32,000 bases of DNA from Candidatus Pelagibacter sp. HTCC7211 (GTDB lineage Bacteria > Pseudomonadota > Alphaproteobacteria > Pelagibacterales > Pelagibacteraceae). The position numbers and the translations under genes were made by a program. The notes beneath the pieces were generated by a model. That model was not told where the DNA came from. It made no database searches and worked only from the letters and a program-made list of their open reading frames with translations. The stretch lies in assembly GCF_000155895.1 (NCBI RefSeq), contig NZ_DS995298.1, positions 180,001 through 212,000 on the forward strand, written 5' to 3'. Of the stretch, positions 1 to 9,447 are shown piece by piece; within the stretch, counting starts at the first letter, position 1, and every line of letters starts with the position of its first letter.

Positions 1-1251
<1,251 letters not shown>

Positions 1252-1274
1252 TTACCATTTTTATTGTGATTTAG

Positions 1275-1291
1275 TTTATAATGATTCTAAA
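1275..1291 (-). promoter_or_regulatory. Irr-box / iron control element (ICE)-like 17-mer, copy 1, upstream of katG
   Basis: The plus strand reads TTTATAATGATTCTAAA and the minus strand TTTAGAATCATTATAAA. It matches the recalled ICE consensus TTTAGAA-N3-TTCTAAA at 13 of 14 positions. It lies 45-61 nt upstream of the katG ATG, and a near-identical copy sits at 1756-1772. Confidence 0.5.
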
Positions 1292-1302
1292 TAGGTAGTC
1301 AA
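1275..1302 (-). promoter_or_regulatory. Candidate sigma70-type katG promoter
   Basis: The minus strand reads TTGACT (1302-1297), then 16 nt, then TATAAA (1280-1275). An AAAGGT Shine-Dalgarno-like sequence lies about 8 nt before ATG 1230. This is pattern matching in AT-rich DNA only. Confidence 0.35.
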
Positions 1303-1336
1303 GTAATTCAGACTATTTTGTCTTTAATTGTGACAA

Positions 1337-1750
1337 TTATTCATTATCAACTTTAACAAGAATTTCAACTGAACTAATTTTCTTCCCTGGCAAAATTTTA
1401 TTTATTTGAATTTTTTCCACATCCTCATCGTTTAAATCGATCAACTCTTTAGTAGTCTTGTCATAAAAATGATGGTGATGAGAAGTATTTGTGTCAAAAT
1501 AAGTGCTGTCATTATTTAAAGTAATCTCTTTTAAATAACCTTTTTTCTTGAAAGCATGAACAGTGTTGTAAACTGTAGCTAAAGATATTTTTTCATTATT
1601 TTCTTCAGAAATTTTTTTTACCAATTCATTAATTGTAAAGTGAAAAGTTTTCTCTCTTTTGAATAAAACCTCACAAATTTTAACTCTTTGCTTAGTAGGT
1701 CTTAGTCCCGTTTCTCTTAATTTTTCAATGAAATTACAGTTTTTTGCCAT
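1337..1750 (-). CDS. irr: Fur-family transcriptional regulator, Irr (iron response regulator) type
   Basis: 137 aa. Motifs are GLRPTKQR, ISLATVYNTV and STYFDTNTSHHHHFYD. These closely parallel my recollection of Bradyrhizobium Irr (GLRPTRQR, VSLATVYNTL, TYFDTN..HHH). It has no C-terminal CxxC zinc motifs. Its divergent position next to fabA-fabB-fabI is, as I recall, typical for irr in alpha-proteobacteria. Confidence 0.8.
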   Translation of the reverse strand: MAKNCNFIEKLRETGLRPTKQRVKICEVLFKREKTFHFTINELVKKISEENNEKISLATVYNTVHAFKKKGYLKEITLNNDSTYFDTNTSHHHHFYDKTTKELIDLNDEDVEKIQINKILPGKKISSVEILVKVDNE

Positions 1751-1755
1751 AGTTT

Positions 1756-1772
1756 TTTATAATAATTCTAAA
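1756..1772. promoter_or_regulatory. Irr-box / ICE-like 17-mer, copy 2, in the irr/fabA divergent region
   Basis: The plus strand reads TTTATAATAATTCTAAA. All 14 specified positions are identical to copy 1, and the only difference is in the N3 spacer. It lies 5 nt upstream of the irr ATG (1750) and 74-90 nt upstream of the fabA ATG (1846). Confidence 0.5.
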
Positions 1773-1845
1773 CTAAGAATAAAAATTATATTGTTTTATT
1801 ATATTATATTATCATTAAATCAAGTACTAAGGGAACTCAAAAATT

Positions 1846-2346
1846 ATGAAAAAAAATTCTTACTCCTATGATGATCTCATAACATGTGGAAATGGTGATC
1901 TTTTTGGGCCTGGAAATGCTAAATTACCACTTCCTCCAATGCTGATGTTTGATAGAATAACAGAAATTAATGAGAATAATGGAGAATTTAACAAAGGTTC
2001 TCTAAAAGCTGAGTTAGATATTAAAAATGATCTATGGTTTTTTGACTGTCATTTTAAAGCTGACCCTGTAATGCCAGGCTGTTTAGGATTGGACGCTATG
2101 TGGCAGTTAGTTGGGTTTTATTTAGGTTGGTTAGGAAATCCTGGAAAAGGAAGAGCTTTAGGAGTCAGTACTGTAAAATTTACAGGTGAAGTTTTACAAA
2201 GTGTAAAGAATGTAAGATACGAAATAGATATGAAAAAAATTATGTCTCCAGGAGGAACAACAGTCGGTCTTGCAAATGGTTTAGTATTTGCAGACGATAA
2301 AAAAATTTATTCAGCAGAAAGCTTAAAAGTGGGGTTATTTAAATAA
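1846..2346 (+). CDS. fabA: 3-hydroxydecanoyl-ACP dehydratase / trans-2-decenoyl-ACP isomerase
   Basis: 166 aa. The FabA hot-dog signature [31 protein letters not shown] is present. AAGGGA lies upstream of the ATG. The TAATG stop/start overlap with fabB is typical of the fabAB pair. Confidence 0.93.
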   Translation: MKKNSYSYDDLITCGNGDLFGPGNAKLPLPPMLMFDRITEINENNGEFNKGSLKAELDIKNDLWFFDCHFKADPVMPGCLGLDAMWQLVGFYLGWLGNPGKGRALGVSTVKFTGEVLQSVKNVRYEIDMKKIMSPGGTTVGLANGLVFADDKKIYSAESLKVGLFK

Positions 2347-3557
2347 TGAGAAGGGTAGTTATAACAGGTTTAGGAGTTGTATCTTGCTTAGGTAATAATC
2401 AAGAAGAAGTCCATAAATCACTATTAAATTCGAAGTCAGGAATTTCTTATGCTGAAGAGTATAAAGAACATAATCTTAAAAGTCATGTTCATGGCAAACC
2501 AAATATAAAGCTTGAAGATCATATAGATAGAAAAACAATTAGATTTATGGGTTCAGGTTCAGCTTATAATTACATTGCAATGAAAGAAGCAATTGAAGAC
2601 TCAGGATTAGAAGAAACTGAAGTAAGCAATTTTAAAACTGGAATTATTATGGGCTCAGGAGGACCTTCAATCGAAAACGTCATATTGGCAGCAGATAAAA
2701 CTAGAGCTAAAACTCCAAAATTAATGGGACCATTTATTGTTCCAAGAACAATGGCAAGTACAGCTTCAGCAACTCTTGCTGTCCCTTTTAAAATAAAAGG
2801 TACCAACTACACAATGAGTTCGGCTTGTGCAACGAGTGGTCACTGTATCGGTAATTCAATGGAATTAATTCAAATGGGCAAACAAGACGTTGTTTTTTCA
2901 GGGGGTAGTGAAGAAGTTCACTGGGCAATGACTGCAATGTTTGATGCAATGACTGCTTTATCATCAAAATATAATGATGCTCCTGAAACAGCATCTAGAG
3001 CATATGATAAAACAAGAGATGGTTTTGTAATAGCTGGTGGTGCAGGTGTTTTAGTGCTTGAAGAATACGAACATGCTAAAGCAAGAGGTGCTAAAATATA
3101 CGCGGAATTAACTGGTTATGGAGCGACTTCAGATGGATACGATATGGTGGCTCCATCTGGTGAAGGAGCTGTAAGATGTATGCAAATGGCAATGTCTACG
3201 GCTAAAAATAAAATTGATTATATCAATACCCATGGAACTTCTACTCCAGTTGGAGATATTACAGAACTAAATGCAGTTAAAAATACTTTTGGAGACAATA
3301 TTCCAAAGATTAGTTCGACAAAATCTTTATCTGGACATCCACTTGGTGCTGCCTCTGTTCATGAAGCAATCTATTGTTTAATAATGATGAAAAATAATTT
3401 CATTGCTGGCTCAGCAAATATTAATGAGATGGATGAAGAAGCTAAAAAATTTCCAATAGTTGCAAAAACTGAAACTAATGCAACATTAAATACTGTAATG
3501 TCTAATAGTTTTGGTTTTGGTGGAACTAATGCTGCATTAATTTTTGAGAAGATTTAA
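2346..3557 (+). CDS. fabB: Beta-ketoacyl-ACP synthase I
   Basis: 403 aa. It carries the active-site Cys context [12 protein letters not shown] and the His motifs HGTSTPVGD and GHPLGAAS. It is translationally coupled to fabA, which favours FabB over FabF. Confidence 0.9.
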   Translation: MRRVVITGLGVVSCLGNNQEEVHKSLLNSKSGISYAEEYKEHNLKSHVHGKPNIKLEDHIDRKTIRFMGSGSAYNYIAMKEAIEDSGLEETEVSNFKTGIIMGSGGPSIENVILAADKTRAKTPKLMGPFIVPRTMASTASATLAVPFKIKGTNYTMSSACATSGHCIGNSMELIQMGKQDVVFSGGSEEVHWAMTAMFDAMTALSSKYNDAPETASRAYDKTRDGFVIAGGAGVLVLEEYEHAKARGAKIYAELTGYGATSDGYDMVAPSGEGAVRCMQMAMSTAKNKIDYINTHGTSTPVGDITELNAVKNTFGDNIPKISSTKSLSGHPLGAASVHEAIYCLIMMKNNFIAGSANINEMDEEAKKFPIVAKTETNATLNTVMSNSFGFGGTNAALIFEKI

Positions 3558-3560
3558 TTT

Positions 3561-4346
3561 ATGAATTTGATGAAAGGTAAAAAAGGATTAATCATGGGCG
3601 TTGCCAATGAAAGATCTATTGCCTGGGGTATTTCACAAAAACTTGCAGAAGCAGGAGCTGAACTAGCATTTACATATTTAGGCGATGCTTTGAAAAAAAG
3701 AGTAGTTCCTTTAGCAGAAAAATTAAATTCAAAAACTACGTTTAGCTGTGATGTTGAAAAAAAAGAAGACGTAATAAAATTATTTGAAGATGTAAAATCT
3801 CAATGGGGAGAAATTGATTTTGTAGTTCATGCGATTGCTTTCTCAGACAAATCAGAATTATCAGGTGAATATTTAGATACAACTAGAGAAAATTTTTTAC
3901 GAAGTATGTTGATTTCATGTTTTTCATTTACTGAAGTTGCAAAAGAAGCTTCTAAAATTATGAAAGAAGGTGGAAGTTTAATCACCTTAAGTTATGAAGC
4001 AAACAAAGCTATTCCAAATTATAACGTAATGGGTGTGTGTAAGGCAGCATTAGAATCTAGTGTTAAATATCTAGCCAGAGATTTGGGTGCAAAAGGCATG
4101 AGAGTAAATGCTATAAGCGCAGGACCTATTAAAACATTAGCTGCTTCTGCTATTGGAGATGCAAAATTCCTGTATAAATGGAATGAAGACCATTCTTTGC
4201 TTAAAAGAAACGTAGATATTCATGATGTTGGAAATTCAGCATTATACCTTCTAAGTGACCTTGCAAACGGTGTAACCGGTGAAATTCACTACGTAGATGC
4301 TGGGTATAACAAGGTTGGAATGCCAGATCCTAAGAATATCACCTAA
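3561..4346 (+). CDS. fabI: Enoyl-ACP reductase (NADH), FabI type
   Basis: 261 aa. It has the SDR fold with GVANERSIAWGI, a Tyr-x6-Lys context (YNVMGVCKAAL) and AISAGPIKTLA. Confidence 0.92.
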   Translation: MNLMKGKKGLIMGVANERSIAWGISQKLAEAGAELAFTYLGDALKKRVVPLAEKLNSKTTFSCDVEKKEDVIKLFEDVKSQWGEIDFVVHAIAFSDKSELSGEYLDTTRENFLRSMLISCFSFTEVAKEASKIMKEGGSLITLSYEANKAIPNYNVMGVCKAALESSVKYLARDLGAKGMRVNAISAGPIKTLAASAIGDAKFLYKWNEDHSLLKRNVDIHDVGNSALYLLSDLANGVTGEIHYVDAGYNKVGMPDPKNIT

Positions 4347-4403
4347 AATATAGTTAAATTTAGTTAAAAATATTAGGGGGGACTCTATTACCAGGTGCCC
4401 TAT

Positions 4404-4436
4404 AAAAAAAACCCCAGAATTCTCATTCCAGGGGTT
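4404..4436 (-). terminator. Rho-independent terminator downstream of pnp, possibly weakly bidirectional for fabI
   Basis: The minus strand reads AACCCCTGGAATGAGAATTCTGGGGTT followed by a T-tract; the plus strand shows an A8 run at 4404-4411. The stem is 6 bp (AACCCC/GGGGTT), then a T.T mismatch, then 3 more pairs. It lies between the convergent fabI and pnp stops. Confidence 0.55.
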
Positions 4437-4458
4437 AAATTTTAATTTAAATTATTTA

Positions 4459-6531
4459 TTATTCAGCAGCTTGTTTCATAGAAAGTTTAACTTTACCTCT
4501 ATCGAAACCAATAACTTTGACTTTTACCTCATCGCCTTCTTTAACAACATCAGTTACTTTAGCAACTCTTTTATCTGCTAGTTCTGAAATATGAACAAGT
4601 CCATCTTGTTTTCCTAAGAAATTAACAAATGCACCAAACTCCATAATCTTCATAACTTTACCTGAATAAATTTTATTCAGTTCAGCTTTTGCAGTGATGT
4701 CTTTAATCATTTGCATTGCAATGTTTCTAGACTCTTCATCAGGAGCAGCAACTGTCACAACTCCTTCATCATTTACATCAACTTTAGCACCTGATTTTTC
4801 AACGATCTCTCTGATTGTTGCTCCACCTTTTCCAATTACAGCAGCAATATCTTTTTTATCAACATTTACTTGTTCCATTTTTGGAGTGTGTTTTCCAACA
4901 TCTTCTCTTGAGGCAGATAATGCTTTATTCATTTCACCTAAGATATGAACTCTTCCATCTTTGGCTTGGCTTAATGCCTGCTCCATGATTTCAAATGTAA
5001 TACCTGTAATTTTGATATCCATTTGAAGAGAAGTTATTCCATCTTTAGTTCCAGCAACTTTAAAGTCCATATCTCCTAAATGATCCTCATCACCTAAAAT
5101 GTCTGATAAAACACTAAAATCATCACCTTCTTTAATTAATCCCATTGCAATACCTGCAACTGGCTCTTTAATTGGAACACCAGCATCCATTAATGCAAGA
5201 GATGTTCCACAAACAGTAGCCATTGAAGATGAACCATTTGATTCTGTAATCTCCGATACTATTCTAAAAGTGTATGGAAACGCCTCTTTTGAAGGTAGTG
5301 AAGAGTTAATTGCTCTCCACGCTAATTTACCATGACCAATTTCTCGTCTTCCAGTCCCAATTCTTCCAGTTTCTCCCACTGAAAAAGGAGGGAAATTGTA
5401 GTGAAGCATAAATCGTTCCCTTTGAAGACCGTCTAAACTTTCAATTCTTTGCTCATCATCAGATGTACCTAAAGTAGCAACGACAATCGCTTGTGTTTCT
5501 CCTCTAGTAAACAAAGCAGAACCGTGAGTTCTTGGCAAAACACCAACTTCACATTCAATAGGTCTCACATCAGATAATCCTCTACCGTCAATTCTGTTTT
5601 TGTTTTTAAGAATGTCAGTTCTTACAATTTTCTTCTCTAAGTTTTTAAGCTCTGAGTTAACATCAAGATCAGAATAATTTTCATTTTCTTCAAAAAGCTT
5701 TTTAGCTTTATCTGTGATTTCTGAAATTTGATTTGATCTATCTTGCTTATCTCTGGTAGCAAAAGCTTTTGTTAAATCTTTAGTAAAGGTTTCCTCAAGT
5801 TTTTGTTTAACTTCAGATAAATCTTTTTTCTCAACAGTCCACTCAGGTTTTCTGCATTCTTTTGCAAGTTCCTCTACCATCTCGATAACTGGAACAAAAC
5901 CTTCGTGTCCAAATTTAACTGCGTTTAACATTTCTTCTTCTGTTAAACCGTTAGCTTCAGACTCAACCATAAGCACAGCATCTTTCGTACCTGCTACTAC
6001 TAAATCTAAACTCGAGTTTTCTAATTCAGCTTTTGATGGGTTTAAAATATATTTACCATCAACAAAACCCACTCTAGATGCTCCTACAGGACCCATAAAT
6101 GGCATTCCTGAGATGGCTAATGCTGCTGAAGAAGCAGTGATTGCTAGAATATCTGGTTGGTTTTCTTTATCATATGAAATTACTGTTGGTAATAACTGTA
6201 CTTCATTTTTAAATGCATCTGGAAACAAAGGTCTGATTGGTCTATCAATTAATCTTGAGATTAAAGTTTCGCTTTCAGTTGGTCTTGCTTCTCTTTTAAA
6301 ATATCCACCAGGTATTTTTCCACCTGCATAATATTTTTCTTGGTAATTTACTGATAGAGGAAAATAATCCATATCTGGATTAACTTTTTTTGCTCCTACT
6401 ACTGTTGCTAAAATAACTGTTTCACCACATGAAGCAATGATTGCTCCGTCTGCCTGTCTTGCTACTTTACCTGTTTCTAAACTTATTTTCTTTCCTGCTA
6501 CTTCTATTTCCTTCTTGTATACTTTAAACAT
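4459..6531 (-). CDS. pnp: Polyribonucleotide nucleotidyltransferase (PNPase)
   Basis: 690 aa. It has two RNase PH domains, a KH domain ([11 protein letters not shown]) and a C-terminal S1 domain ([17 protein letters not shown]). Its position after rpsO is canonical. Confidence 0.97.
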   Translation of the reverse strand: MFKVYKKEIEVAGKKISLETGKVARQADGAIIASCGETVILATVVGAKKVNPDMDYFPLSVNYQEKYYAGGKIPGGYFKREARPTESETLISRLIDRPIRPLFPDAFKNEVQLLPTVISYDKENQPDILAITASSAALAISGMPFMGPVGASRVGFVDGKYILNPSKAELENSSLDLVVAGTKDAVLMVESEANGLTEEEMLNAVKFGHEGFVPVIEMVEELAKECRKPEWTVEKKDLSEVKQKLEETFTKDLTKAFATRDKQDRSNQISEITDKAKKLFEENENYSDLDVNSELKNLEKKIVRTDILKNKNRIDGRGLSDVRPIECEVGVLPRTHGSALFTRGETQAIVVATLGTSDDEQRIESLDGLQRERFMLHYNFPPFSVGETGRIGTGRREIGHGKLAWRAINSSLPSKEAFPYTFRIVSEITESNGSSSMATVCGTSLALMDAGVPIKEPVAGIAMGLIKEGDDFSVLSDILGDEDHLGDMDFKVAGTKDGITSLQMDIKITGITFEIMEQALSQAKDGRVHILGEMNKALSASREDVGKHTPKMEQVNVDKKDIAAVIGKGGATIREIVEKSGAKVDVNDEGVVTVAAPDEESRNIAMQMIKDITAKAELNKIYSGKVMKIMEFGAFVNFLGKQDGLVHISELADKRVAKVTDVVKEGDEVKVKVIGFDRGKVKLSMKQAAE

Positions 6532-6588
6532 TTCATTTCCATTTCGTTTCGTTCGTTTCGTTCCATTCCGTTCTATCTATCTTGATCT
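6532..6588 (-). repeat. Purine-rich pnp leader with about nine tandem RAAYG-like pentamer units
   Basis: The minus strand reads AGATCAAGATAGATAGAACGGAATGGAACGAAACGAACGAAACGAAATGGAAATGAA, followed by the ATG. It fills the whole rpsO-pnp spacer and I can draw no hairpin in it. Confidence 0.4.
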
Positions 6589-6837
6589 TTATTTTCTTAA
6601 TCCCAATTTCGACAGTACATTTTTGTAAGAATTCATTTTTGTATTTTTTAAGTATTCTAACAATTTCTTTCTTCTATTTACCGCTCTCAACAATCCAACA
6701 GATGAATGTTTATCTTTCTTGAATTGTTTAATATGTTTAGAGAGAGTTTCAATTTTCTCTGTTAGCAAAGCAATCTGTATCTCTGAAGATCCAGTGTCTT
6801 TATCGTGCATTGCTAATTCTTGTGCCTTTTTATTCAT
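6589..6837 (-). CDS. rpsO: 30S ribosomal protein S15
   Basis: 82 aa. It contains GSSEIQIALLTEKIETLSKHIKQFKKDKHSSVGLLRAVNRRKKLLEYL, the typical S15 pattern. Confidence 0.93.
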   Translation of the reverse strand: MNKKAQELAMHDKDTGSSEIQIALLTEKIETLSKHIKQFKKDKHSSVGLLRAVNRRKKLLEYLKNTKMNSYKNVLSKLGLRK

Positions 6838-6849
6838 GCCTCGTTTTTC

Positions 6850-7218
6850 CTATTTATTTGTTTGTTTTATTAAGTTTTCTATTTTTTCCGCATACTCAAA
6901 AGACTCGTCTTTTCTAAAAAGTAATTTTGGTAAAAATTTCATAACCACCTTTTGTGATAAAATTTTTCTAATTAAAAATGAGTATTCTTTTAATACTTTA
7001 ATCACCTCATCTGCATCCTTTCCACCAAGTGGAAGCACGTAGGCTTTAGCAATTTTCAAATCTTGGCTCATTCTTACCTCAGTAACCGTTATAGTGTTGG
7101 TTTCTAAATTCGGCACCTTAGCCTCATTTCTTATAAAAATCATACTTAAAGACTGCTTAATCATCTCCCCAACTCTAAGCTGCCTTTGTGAAATCGGTTT
7201 TCCAATTCTATCTGCCAT
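6850..7218 (-). CDS. rbfA: Ribosome-binding factor A
   Basis: 122 aa. The pattern ITVTEVRMSQDLKIAKAYV..LRKILSQKVVMKFLPKLLFRKD fits RbfA. It is coupled to the infB stop by a TAATG overlap. Confidence 0.88.
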   Translation of the reverse strand: MADRIGKPISQRQLRVGEMIKQSLSMIFIRNEAKVPNLETNTITVTEVRMSQDLKIAKAYVLPLGGKDADEVIKVLKEYSFLIRKILSQKVVMKFLPKLLFRKDESFEYAEKIENLIKQTNK

Positions 7219-9437
7219 TAAATCATCCTATCTGTAGATGTAACACTAAAAGCCTCTATTGTGTCGTTTTTTTGAAAGTCCATATAGTCCTTAACTGTTA
7301 TTCCACACTCTTGACCATTACTGACCTGTTTTACCTGGTTTTTTTCTCTAAATAGGGTTCCAACTTTACCAGTGTAAATAATTGCTCCATCTCTAATTAT
7401 TCTAACATCTGAGGCACTAGTAATTTCACCTTCCATTACTTTTGAGCCTGCAACTTTTCCTGCACCCGAAACCTTAAAGATTTCTAAAATTTGAGCTGTA
7501 CCTGTAACTGTTTCTTGAATATCAGGAGATAATAAGCCTGACATTTTTTGTTTAACAAAATCCAAAACCTCATAAATTATATTGTAAGATGAAATTTTGA
7601 TTTTTTCATTTTCAGCAAGTTTTTTTGCTTCTTTGCTTGGCTTAACATTAAAAGCTATCAAAACTGCATTAGAAGCTTTTGCAAGAGTAACATCTGTTTC
7701 TGTTACCATTCCAATATCTGCAAGAATTATTTTTGGTTTAACTTCATCATGTTTGATCTGACTGATTGCATTTTTAATTGCTTCAGATGAACCATGTACA
7801 TCAGATTTGATTATCAGATTTAATTCTTCTGTAGATTTATCTGAAAATGCTGAGTCTTGTGATGCAAAAGTTAAAGGATTTTTTCCATCTTTACTTTCTT
7901 GAGCCCTATTTTCACTTAAAGTTTTCGCTTTTTTTTCGTTATCTACAACAATAAAATCATCTCCTGCTTTTGCAGCGCCATTAATTCCTAAAATTTCAAC
8001 AGGTGTAGATGGTGGTGCTTCATTAATATTTTTTCCTTTGTCATCAATTATTGCCCTAACTTTTCCCCATCTCAAGCCACTTACAAAAAAGTTGCCCTTT
8101 TTGAGAGTTCCCGTTGTTACAATGATAGTTGCAACTGGTCCTCTACCAACATCAATTTTAGACTCAATTACAATACCTGTGGCTTTAGACTCAAAATCTG
8201 TTTTTAAATCTAATATTTCTGCTTGTAAAATTATTGCTTCAACTAATTTATCTAAATTCATTTTTGTAGTAGCTGATATTTCAACCATTAAAGTATCACC
8301 TGATAAATCCTCAGCTATTAACTCATGTTCTAGTAATTGGTTTTTTATTTTTTGAGGGTCTGCATCTGGCAAATCACATTTATTAATTGCAACTACAATA
8401 GGAACATTGGCAGCTTTTGCATGTTTAATTGATTCAACTGTTTGAGGTTTCACTCCGTCATCTGCAGCTACAACCAACACAACTACATCAGTTAATTTTG
8501 ATCCTCTTGCTCTCATTTCTGTAAAAGCAGCGTGACCAGGGGTGTCAATAAAGGTTAATTTATTTGACTGGCTCTCTATTTGATAAGCGCCAATATGTTG
8601 AGTAATTCCACCAAATTCTCCTGACACTACATTTGCACTTCTTAAAACATCTAGCACAGAAGTTTTACCATGATCAACATGCCCCATCACTGTTACAATT
8701 GGTGGTCTGTTCTTTAAATTTTCTACTCTTGTCGCTTTAATTTTTTCTATAATCTCTTCAGCTTTTTCTTCTCTAATTGGATTGTGGCCAAATTCTTTGA
8801 CTAAAAACTCAGCAGTATCAGCCGCTAACGTTTGGTTAATGGTTACAGTTACACCCATTCCTAACAAATATTTAATAACATTGCTTGATTGCTCTGCCAT
8901 TCTATTTGCAAGCTCCCTAACAGTGATTGCTTCAGGAATATTTACATCTCTTTTAACGGGCTTTAAACTTTCTTGAGCTTCTCCTTTGGCCAAATTTTTA
9001 TTTTCTTTTAACCTTGCTCTTTTAACAGAAGCTAAACTTCTTTCTCTTGCCTCTATTTCATCACTTAAAGCTCTTGAAACTGTTAATTTTAATTCTCTTT
9101 TTTTTGTTCCAGTTTTTAAAGTTTTTCTGTCTTTACTTTCATTATCACCCTTAAGTCTTTTTGTTGCTCTTTGTTCAGCTAATTTTCGTCTTTCAAAATC
9201 ATTTGTTATCGGGGGTGATTTAGGAGCAAAAGTTGGTTTTAGCGGAGCGCCTCTATTAAATGTAGATCCAGTTTTAGGTTTAAAACTACCAGGTCTAGAT
9301 GAACCACTTCTATTCGGAAATTTATTTGATTGCTTATCGATTACTACTGAATTTTTATTTTGAGTTTTGGCAATCTCAATATTTTTGAATGATTTTTTGG
9401 CAGTGCCAGATATTGTTAATTTTGTTTTTTTTTCCAT
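7218..9437 (-). CDS. infB: Translation initiation factor IF-2
   Basis: 739 aa. GTPase motifs are GHVDHGKTS, DTPGH and NKCD. The N-terminal region is basic and low-complexity. Confidence 0.97.
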   Translation of the reverse strand: MEKKTKLTISGTAKKSFKNIEIAKTQNKNSVVIDKQSNKFPNRSGSSRPGSFKPKTGSTFNRGAPLKPTFAPKSPPITNDFERRKLAEQRATKRLKGDNESKDRKTLKTGTKKRELKLTVSRALSDEIEARERSLASVKRARLKENKNLAKGEAQESLKPVKRDVNIPEAITVRELANRMAEQSSNVIKYLLGMGVTVTINQTLAADTAEFLVKEFGHNPIREEKAEEIIEKIKATRVENLKNRPPIVTVMGHVDHGKTSVLDVLRSANVVSGEFGGITQHIGAYQIESQSNKLTFIDTPGHAAFTEMRARGSKLTDVVVLVVAADDGVKPQTVESIKHAKAANVPIVVAINKCDLPDADPQKIKNQLLEHELIAEDLSGDTLMVEISATTKMNLDKLVEAIILQAEILDLKTDFESKATGIVIESKIDVGRGPVATIIVTTGTLKKGNFFVSGLRWGKVRAIIDDKGKNINEAPPSTPVEILGINGAAKAGDDFIVVDNEKKAKTLSENRAQESKDGKNPLTFASQDSAFSDKSTEELNLIIKSDVHGSSEAIKNAISQIKHDEVKPKIILADIGMVTETDVTLAKASNAVLIAFNVKPSKEAKKLAENEKIKISSYNIIYEVLDFVKQKMSGLLSPDIQETVTGTAQILEIFKVSGAGKVAGSKVMEGEITSASDVRIIRDGAIIYTGKVGTLFREKNQVKQVSNGQECGITVKDYMDFQKNDTIEAFSVTSTDRMI

Positions 9438-9447
9438 AGCTCATCAC

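Noticed and set aside
1797-1820. Fur-box-like AT repeat (TATTATATTATATTATCATTAAA) in the irr-fabA spacer
   Set aside because: It gives only about 9 of 13 matches to part of the GATAATGATAATCATTATC consensus. It cannot be told apart from ordinary promoter-like AT-rich sequence without a genome-wide model.
1659-1871. 70-aa plus-strand ORF spanning the irr 5' end and the irr-fabA spacer
   Set aside because: It is antisense to irr and overlaps the fabA start out of frame. The sequence is low-complexity and has no ribosome-binding site.
6645-6661. ICE-like TTTTTAAGTATTCTAAC (12 of 14 positions shared with the two intergenic boxes)
   Set aside because: It lies inside the rpsO coding sequence and is imperfect in both half-sites. 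It is plausible by chance in AT-rich DNA.
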